Part shown: piece by piece, positions 7,984 through 13,601 of the stretch
Layout of the letters: the number at the start of each line of letters is the position of its first letter
How positions within the stretch are numbered: position 1 is the first letter of the stretch
Assembly: GCA_032128875.1 (NCBI GenBank)
Contig: JAVLKG010000028.1
Span: 1 to 13,601, forward strand
Source: Candidatus Melainabacteria bacterium 17Bon1m
Lineage (GTDB): Bacteria; Cyanobacteriota; Vampirovibrionia; Obscuribacterales; Obscuribacteraceae
DNA length: 13,601 nucleotides
Reading direction: 5' to 3'
The notes under the pieces: model-generated
Database searches by the model: none
What the model saw: only the letters and a program-made list of their open reading frames with translations
Told to the model about the DNA's origin: nothing
Program-made: the position numbers and the translations under genes

Positions 7984-8015
7984 AAAGCGACGCAGAAATG
8001 CGCCGCTTTTGTTTT
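7984..8015 (+). terminator. Intrinsic terminator, possibly bidirectional, between the convergent 87-aa gene and the TldE-like gene
   Basis: AAAGCGACGCA-GAAA-TGCGCCGCTTT followed by TGTTTT. Confidence 0.7.
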
Positions 8016-8021
8016 GGTAAT

Positions 8022-8096
8022 CGTGGGGGCGCAGCGCTGGGCTCGGCAGCGTGGGGGCGCGTGGCTAGTCGGCGTGGGGGCGCGTTGCACGCGCCC
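8022..8096 (+). repeat. Tandem GTGG-type REP cluster (two truncated units plus one complete palindrome)
   Basis: CGTGGGGGCGC occurs at 8022, 8050 and 8073. The third copy completes GTGG-GGGCGCGT-TGC-ACGCGCCC (8074-8096). Confidence 0.75.
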
Positions 8097-8118
8097 TTAA
8101 AATATATCCAGTCGCGAA

Positions 8119-9906
8119 CTACTTATTCTCCGACAATGGATTCTCCAACAGTGGCGGCTTTTCACGCGTACCGCTGTCTTTGTTCACTTCCATCGATTTG
8201 ATGATGAAGGATGGCGAAATCAAATGAGTCCAATTGTCACCGCCTCGCCCCATCATAGAGGCTTGGGCGTCACTGCCGATCATATCGATATCCCTCAATG
8301 CACGAACAGTTATGGGTTCAAAACGTGCACCACGAACCATTTCTTCTTTGTCGGTATCCACCCAATGTTTTACTAAGATTACCGGCTTGGGCAAAATCAC
8401 TGTTGAATCACTAGACAAGCTAGAACCTTGCAATGTCGAATCCGGCATATTCAACATTGTAAAAGCATTCGGATCAAGAAGTCTTTTCGCAATTAGGAAA
8501 TAGGGGAGATCGGCTTCTTTAGCCAATTCCTTGCCACGATTGATTAGTTCTTCCCTCGTGTTCTTGCTGTCGGAAGTAACGAATACGATGCTGGTTGATC
8601 CGCCATAGCCGTTAGAATGTCCATTCGAATGCTGACTATACTTTGTCGGCGAACGGTCGGTGCAAAGCGCCTTGAGAACACCTTTCGAGATAAGGACAAC
8701 ACGCTTGGCTCTGACACCTTGCACATCAAAATTATAGCCACCGAAAAGTGGTGCTCCGTTGTACTCACGAGCAAAAGGCTCATCGACAACACTTAGTTGG
8801 CGTGGCAGAATTTTTTTTCCGATTTTGTCTGCGAAAGGTCTAATTGACTGATTTACAGTATCCGCAGACAATGACTCGGGCTGAGAAGAAAGGTTGTCGC
8901 AGAGCATTTGCTCCATGAATTCAGCGGCGGCTTGATCTTCAAAGAGCACCGGACCATCGTAATCTTCTATGGTGGGGGCAGCCTGCAATGCAATAAGGCG
9001 ATTGGCAAGTTCTCTGGCTCTCTTCTCGAACTGATCGAAGCCGGGAAGATCTTGCTCCGTGTGCCCTCCAAAAACTTCCATGTCCTTGATGCGTTCGCCG
9101 TCTTTGGCTTGAGTGCTCGCCGCGATGGTCACGAGCCAATCTTCAGTATCGTCAACTATGCGTACTTTCTCGCTGCTGACAAAACAGCGGTTGCTCACAC
9201 TTGCTCTAAAATTCGCGATCGACAGCTGTATCTGTGGATACTCGCGAAAAATTGCAGAGATCCTTTTAGTACAATCCGTCCATTTTGCTTCATCGACAAT
9301 AAGTGGACGAGCCTTGCTAATGCTGACTTCAGGCTCTTCTTTCGAAAAGTCGTCAAACTTGTTATCTATATTGTTCCGCTTGAAGTGTGCTTTTTTCTCT
9401 TCGAGAGTTTCTACTGCACTCTTGTAATCATTATCAGTGGACAACCAAATTTTGCGTCTAATTGCGTCGTAATTGTTGTCGATGGTCAACCCAGAAGAAC
9501 CAGTGGTGTGAGGCGCATCACCGTAGAATTTGCTACTGTCGAATTCATAGTTGCCGACTCTTACGGTCGGCTCAAGCGAACGCCAACGTGAATGGCTTCG
9601 ACTCGTAAGTGAACCGAGAGATGCATTGACCTCAAAACGATCAGTTTCTGTTGAATCGTAGCTGATGTAATAGGGCGGGGAATGCCCGTCTAAATGGAGT
9701 CTGGCGAGGGAGCGATCCATTTCGTCAGTCATCGCTTTCATCACGGTGTCTTCAATTGTTACTGCAAAACACGGCGATTGAAGCACCAGGAGTGGTGTCA
9801 ACGAAACGAAAAGCAGCTTTTTAAGCGAAGCGTAGGGGCGGCATATATGCCGCCCGAAGCCGGCGAGCCGCCGGCGCTCCCAGGATTCAAGCAACAACTT
9901 CAACAT
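8119..9906 (-). CDS. TldD/PmbA family protein, non-catalytic TldE/PmbA-like subunit with a signal-peptide-like N-terminus
   Basis: Paralogous to the upstream gene (VMKAMTDEMDRS, PPYYISY, VRVGNYEFDSS, YDGPVLFEDQAAA, VVDEPF, YNFDVQGV, HSNGH). It lacks the HExxxH motif. Its ATG overlaps the upstream TGA (TGATG). Confidence 0.88.
   Translation of the reverse strand: MLKLLLESWERRRLAGFGRHICRPYASLKKLLFVSLTPLLVLQSPCFAVTIEDTVMKAMTDEMDRSLARLHLDGHSPPYYISYDSTETDRFEVNASLGSLTSRSHSRWRSLEPTVRVGNYEFDSSKFYGDAPHTTGSSGLTIDNNYDAIRRKIWLSTDNDYKSAVETLEEKKAHFKRNNIDNKFDDFSKEEPEVSISKARPLIVDEAKWTDCTKRISAIFREYPQIQLSIANFRASVSNRCFVSSEKVRIVDDTEDWLVTIAASTQAKDGERIKDMEVFGGHTEQDLPGFDQFEKRARELANRLIALQAAPTIEDYDGPVLFEDQAAAEFMEQMLCDNLSSQPESLSADTVNQSIRPFADKIGKKILPRQLSVVDEPFAREYNGAPLFGGYNFDVQGVRAKRVVLISKGVLKALCTDRSPTKYSQHSNGHSNGYGGSTSIVFVTSDSKNTREELINRGKELAKEADLPYFLIAKRLLDPNAFTMLNMPDSTLQGSSLSSDSTVILPKPVILVKHWVDTDKEEMVRGARFEPITVRALRDIDMIGSDAQASMMGRGGDNWTHLISPSFIIKSMEVNKDSGTREKPPLLENPLSENK
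9832..9882. repeat. Composite pair of REP-like palindromes inside the 5' end of the TldE-like CDS
   Basis: GTAG plus perfect palindrome GGGCGGCATATATGCCGCCC (9832-9855), then GCCGGCG-AGC-CGCCGGC-GCTCCCA (9859-9882). Confidence 0.8.
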
Positions 9907-11663
9907 CAGTGCTTCACCCCGTGTTGACGGGTTTCGTGCAACGGGTCTGGAAGCAGCGGAGGCTTATTATGAGACTTGGCTTGACGTGCAACTTCGATTG
10001 TTTTCACGAGCAAGCTTGGCGAAGAGGCCGATACGGGAATCCAGCCTGATTCGGCACCACATACTCCGTTGAAGGTTTGCACATCATTTCCAGCAGCAAG
10101 TATCAGCTCAAGCGAAGCGAGTGGCGTGCCAACGATGTCCACACCACGCAATAGCTCATCAGGTCTTCCATCCGCAAAGACTTTGACAACTTTGAGAGGA
10201 AACAAATTATAGATTTGTGGATCGGACGAACGTGTCAACGTCGAGCCACCCTCGATATCATCGAAAATCAATCCAAAGGGTTTCTTCTGCCGTTTTATTT
10301 CTCTCACTAGCAGCGCACGCAACTCTTGCGTGCTGACTTGATTTTTCGCGTCAGCTACAACCATTAAGTTGGCCTGACGGGCAACGGGCGCAAACCCTTC
10401 ACGGCAACGTCCATGACCATTCGAGTTCTTGAAGCCTTTAATCGGCGAGTTGCTCTTCAAAAATCCTCTGAGCACACCCTTATCCACGAGCACAACCTTC
10501 TGCGCGGGTACTCCCTCGTCGTCAAACTTGTAGTACCCGTTGAGAGTGGTTTTCCCAAGCTTCGAGGTGCTGGCATCATCAATCACAGAGATAAACTTCG
10601 GCATTACCTGCTGACCAATCTTGTCTGTAAAGGTCCTCCCTTCACTTTCGTCTTTCTGGCGATGCCCTTCGATGCGGTGTCCAAAAATTTCGTGGAAGAA
10701 CACCGCCGCGGCTTTGCCCTGCAAAATTGCAGGTCCCGCGTAAGGCTGCGCAGGAGGGGACTTGCGTAATTTATCCAGCGAGTCGCCCAGCTTCTTCGCC
10801 ATCGCTTTAAGCGTCACAGCATCAGGCAGCTTCTTCACATCGTCGACTTCAACACGGTCGTTCAGCCACAACACCATGCCATCATTCGCCACCGTGTCTG
10901 CATAGAGACGAGCATCATAGCTAACGCGTTCATCCTCAATTGCAGTGCCAGTACTAGTCACCAAGTATCGGCGCAATCGCTGCGCCGTCAAATCGACATC
11001 ACCAGTGCGGATGAATGGATACTCGCGAAAAACAGCCGAAGCTTCTCTTACATGCGATTCCCACAATACATGATCGACATTCATGGGTTTCTTCGCGGCA
11101 AAATAAATTTGGGGTTTTTCGACAACGTAGTCATCGGAACGGTCATCTTCTGCGACCAAAACGTCTTTGTTTGCCTTCACTTGCGCAAACTTTTTCTGCG
11201 CCAAGCGAAGCGCAGCATCAGTCTTCAACCACACAATATTGCGGATCGCCATTTTGTCATCTTCAAATGGAATTTGCGCTTCATAGCCAAATGTCACGCG
11301 AGAACCAAACGAATCATCTTTTGGAATTTTGTGGCTGTTGTCCAACTTGGGGCTGCCTACGCGTAACTCGACATCAAGGGTCCTGCTCTTCGAGACATCA
11401 AACTTTTCACGAATGCTGCCGTAGTCGCCGGAAACATTGGCGACTTCACGTTCGAACACTCGATAGGCGATGTAATAGACAGGAGCATCACCCGCATTCT
11501 TCAAATGCTTAATCGAGCGCGCCATTTCTTCTTTCAACGCTTGCATGACAACGCTGTCGGCTTCCGCTGCCGTCAATGAATGCTTTACGGGAAACACTAC
11601 CGGCACCAGCATTAATGCAAGTGCAGTCGAAAAAGCGACACGAAACGTCCTAAACGACACCAT
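9906..11663 (-). CDS. tldD: TldD-family metalloprotease, catalytic subunit, with a signal-peptide-like N-terminus
   Basis: Zinc motif FFHEIFGHRIEGH, C-terminal GVCGAESG (TldD Cys-ligand position), YKFDDEGV, SNGHGR and PVARQANL. The start is probably ATG 11663 or GTG 11687, because the ORF-track start at 11768 overlaps the epimerase by 80 bp. Confidence 0.9.
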   Translation of the reverse strand: MVSFRTFRVAFSTALALMLVPVVFPVKHSLTAAEADSVVMQALKEEMARSIKHLKNAGDAPVYYIAYRVFEREVANVSGDYGSIREKFDVSKSRTLDVELRVGSPKLDNSHKIPKDDSFGSRVTFGYEAQIPFEDDKMAIRNIVWLKTDAALRLAQKKFAQVKANKDVLVAEDDRSDDYVVEKPQIYFAAKKPMNVDHVLWESHVREASAVFREYPFIRTGDVDLTAQRLRRYLVTSTGTAIEDERVSYDARLYADTVANDGMVLWLNDRVEVDDVKKLPDAVTLKAMAKKLGDSLDKLRKSPPAQPYAGPAILQGKAAAVFFHEIFGHRIEGHRQKDESEGRTFTDKIGQQVMPKFISVIDDASTSKLGKTTLNGYYKFDDEGVPAQKVVLVDKGVLRGFLKSNSPIKGFKNSNGHGRCREGFAPVARQANLMVVADAKNQVSTQELRALLVREIKRQKKPFGLIFDDIEGGSTLTRSSDPQIYNLFPLKVVKVFADGRPDELLRGVDIVGTPLASLELILAAGNDVQTFNGVCGAESGWIPVSASSPSLLVKTIEVARQAKSHNKPPLLPDPLHETRQHGVKH

Positions 11664-11688
11664 TAATAGGAGCCTTTTCAAATGCACG

Positions 11689-12678
11689 TCATGCCCTAAC
11701 TTCAACAGCCTGGGCGGACGGCGCGAGAGATTTATGCCAATCGACGAAACGTTTGACACCTTCATCAAAGGTCACTTTGGGTTCGTAATTCAGAACGCGT
11801 CGAGCCTTCTCGATGCTGGCATACGTAAACGGCACATCGCCTGTTTGCATCGGCATCTGGATAATCTCAGCCTTCTTACCGATGTGCTTTTCCAATGTGC
11901 GAATCATGTCAATCAGTACAACAGGCTCTGACCTGCCTAGATTAATGATGTCGTAACCAGGCAAGTCATACTCCAGCGAAGCGATGATACCGTCCACGAT
12001 ATCACCAACAAAAGTATAATCGCGCTTCGTTGAACCATCGCCGTACATTTCAATCGGCTGCCCGTTTGAAATCAGCTTGCAAAACTTGTGAATTGCCAGG
12101 TCAGGGCGCTGTCTAGGACCAAATACAGTAAAGAAGCGCAAGCACACAATCTGCAGTTTGTTGGTGTGATGCGCCGAATAACAAATCAATTCCCCTGCCG
12201 CTTTGGAAGCAGCGTAGGGTGAAAACGGTTGATCGATGCGGTCGGTTTCTTTAAAACTCTCGCCAGACCGTCCGCCATAAACTGACGAAGAAGAGCCGAA
12301 TGCCAGCCGCGCTTTTGGGCAATGTTTTGCAATGCGATCGAGAAGTTTTTGTGTACCGTTGAGATTCACATCCATGTAATAAGCCGCTTGTTCAAGCGAC
12401 GGTCTTACTCCAGCCATCGCCGCCAAGTGCACGACGCCATCAAACGGACCGTGACTAAACACTTCATCCATTTTCGAGTCATCGCGCAAATCGCCTTCAA
12501 CGATTTTGTAATTAGGATGCTTCAAATGCTCCTGAATATTCAGACGCTTGCGATCAGGATTGTAGTAATCGTTGAAATTGTCGAGCACACTGATGCTGTC
12601 ACCTTTGGACAACAGCTTATCGATCAGGTTGCTGCCAATAAAACCCGCTCCACCGGTCACCAAAATATGTCGTCCCAT
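11689..12678 (-). CDS. NAD-dependent nucleotide-sugar epimerase/dehydratase (UDP-glucuronate 4-epimerase-like extended SDR)
   Basis: TGGAGFIG, HLAAMAGVRPS, SSSSVYG, YAASK and LRFFTVFGPRQRPDLAIHKF motifs. SD GAGGT precedes ATG 12678 (the ORF track uses TTG 12702). Confidence 0.93.
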   Translation of the reverse strand: MGRHILVTGGAGFIGSNLIDKLLSKGDSISVLDNFNDYYNPDRKRLNIQEHLKHPNYKIVEGDLRDDSKMDEVFSHGPFDGVVHLAAMAGVRPSLEQAAYYMDVNLNGTQKLLDRIAKHCPKARLAFGSSSSVYGGRSGESFKETDRIDQPFSPYAASKAAGELICYSAHHTNKLQIVCLRFFTVFGPRQRPDLAIHKFCKLISNGQPIEMYGDGSTKRDYTFVGDIVDGIIASLEYDLPGYDIINLGRSEPVVLIDMIRTLEKHIGKKAEIIQMPMQTGDVPFTYASIEKARRVLNYEPKVTFDEGVKRFVDWHKSLAPSAQAVEVRA

Positions 12679-12724
12679 ATGAGCAACCTCGGCTTTAAAC
12701 AACGATCAAACGAGTTTCAAAAAT

Positions 12725-13468
12725 TTAGCGACCATGCGCAACCGGCACAGAGCAGTGCTGGACAAATGTTTCGAACAGAGAGCGGTTGCCCTCAAAATCG
12801 CGCTCGGGATGCCACTGTACACCAATTACAAATTTGCGCCCTTCCAATTCAACGGCTTCGATAACTCCATCTTCGGCGCGTGCCGCGATAGACAAGCCGC
12901 GACCAGGCTTATCGACAGCCTGGTGATGCGATGTTGGAACATCAATACGCAGCTTTTTATAAATGCCTGCGAGCGCACTTTTTTCTTCAAGGATAACTTC
13001 GTGCCGTCTGAAGCCGTCTTGCCAGCCGTTTTTGCTTGCATGCAAAACATTCGAATCCGGATGTTCGTGAATAATGTCCGTGACTAAAGTTCCACCCAAC
13101 TCAACGTTCAAAAGTTGCTCTCCGGCACAAATGCCGAGGATCGGCATAACTTGCTTTTCCAATGCCATACGAATCAACTTAAAGTCAAAGTTTTGCCGTC
13201 TCTCGTGAGCAAGCTCAACATTGAGCTTCTTCTTTGTCTCTTCATCAAGGTCTTCCCCGTATTTACTCGGGCAATAATCATAACCACCGATGAACATCAG
13301 CCCATCAAGACGCTCCAGCGCAATCTTCAGGTCTTCATCGGGCATCGGCGGCACCAGAAGCGGCACACCACCAGCCAATCGCACAGCGTCGAAATAAAGA
13401 GCTTGAACGCGGGCCTCTTCAGGGGGGCCAGCCGTCACATCAACATTGATTCCAATTACGGGTTTCAT
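12725..13468 (-). CDS. Peptidase C26 / gamma-glutamyl-gamma-aminobutyrate hydrolase-family class I glutamine amidotransferase-like protein
   Basis: MKPVIGI N-terminus, AGGVPLLVP, LDGLMFIGG, nucleophile PILGICAG, SHHQAV and VQWHPE triad motif. The longer ORF-track start (13537) runs through REP palindromes. Confidence 0.92.
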   Translation of the reverse strand: MKPVIGINVDVTAGPPEEARVQALYFDAVRLAGGVPLLVPPMPDEDLKIALERLDGLMFIGGYDYCPSKYGEDLDEETKKKLNVELAHERRQNFDFKLIRMALEKQVMPILGICAGEQLLNVELGGTLVTDIIHEHPDSNVLHASKNGWQDGFRRHEVILEEKSALAGIYKKLRIDVPTSHHQAVDKPGRGLSIAARAEDGVIEAVELEGRKFVIGVQWHPERDFEGNRSLFETFVQHCSVPVAHGR

Positions 13469-13496
13469 GCTTGTTAGGATACAACATCTTTCATTT

Positions 13497-13550
13497 GTAG
13501 GGGAGGCGCATGCGCCTCCCGGGTCAGGGAGCCGCATGCGGCTCCCCTTT
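13497..13550. repeat. Inverted pair of GTAG-type REP palindromes (REPIN-like doublet)
   Basis: GTAG plus perfect palindrome GGGAGGCGCATGCGCCTCCC (13501-13520), a 6-nt spacer, perfect palindrome GGGAGCCGCATGCGGCTCCC (13527-13546), then CTTT (degenerate CTAC). Confidence 0.85.
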
Positions 13551-13601
13551 TATGATGGCCTTGACAGCTTCGAATGGATTATCTATTCGTCGTGTTGAAT
13601 C

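Noticed and set aside
8022..8096. Possible mini-CRISPR (11-bp repeat with 12-17-nt spacers)
   Set aside because: The repeats and spacers are far too short. The unit is the 5' half of the REP palindrome.
7998..8201. 67-aa plus-strand ORF
   Set aside because: It starts inside a terminator hairpin, runs through the REP cluster and overlaps the TldE-like gene antisense.
11688..11768. ORF-track start of tldD at 11768
   Set aside because: It overlaps the epimerase by 80 bp. In-frame GTG 11687 or ATG 11663 gives a normal signal-like N-terminus.
13469..13537. 23-aa N-terminal extension of the C26 hydrolase in the ORF track
   Set aside because: It is translated REP sequence with its ATG inside a palindrome. 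The family N-terminus MKPVIGI starts at 13468.
13561..13590. TTGACA on the plus strand at the right edge
   Set aside because: There is no convincing -10 at 16-18 nt spacing, and the downstream gene is outside the window.

Overview
Bacterial chromosomal window of mostly housekeeping and envelope genes. The FtsH sequence, TPR and TonB-C-like proteins and REP style suggest a Cyanobacteria-related non-photosynthetic lineage such as Melainabacteria/Vampirovibrionia, but that is inference only. Minus strand, left half: tilS, a ~390-bp structured spacer, ftsH, a membrane-anchored TPR protein and a small very acidic peptide ORF with a 21-bp tandem repeat. Centre: an exported protein with a TonB/TolA C-terminal-like domain (+), a CAU-anticodon tRNA (-) with a near-consensus sigma70 promoter, and two small membrane proteins (+), one resembling PspB. 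Minus strand, right half: a probable operon of a peptidase C26 amidotransferase-like hydrolase, a nucleotide-sugar epimerase, and a TldD/TldE-like pair that both carry signal-peptide-like N-termini. A family of GTAG/GTGG-type REP palindromes is scattered throughout. One composite REP pair lies exactly in frame (17 codons) inside the N-terminal signal region of the TldE-like gene. No CRISPR array, transposase or prophage gene was seen.
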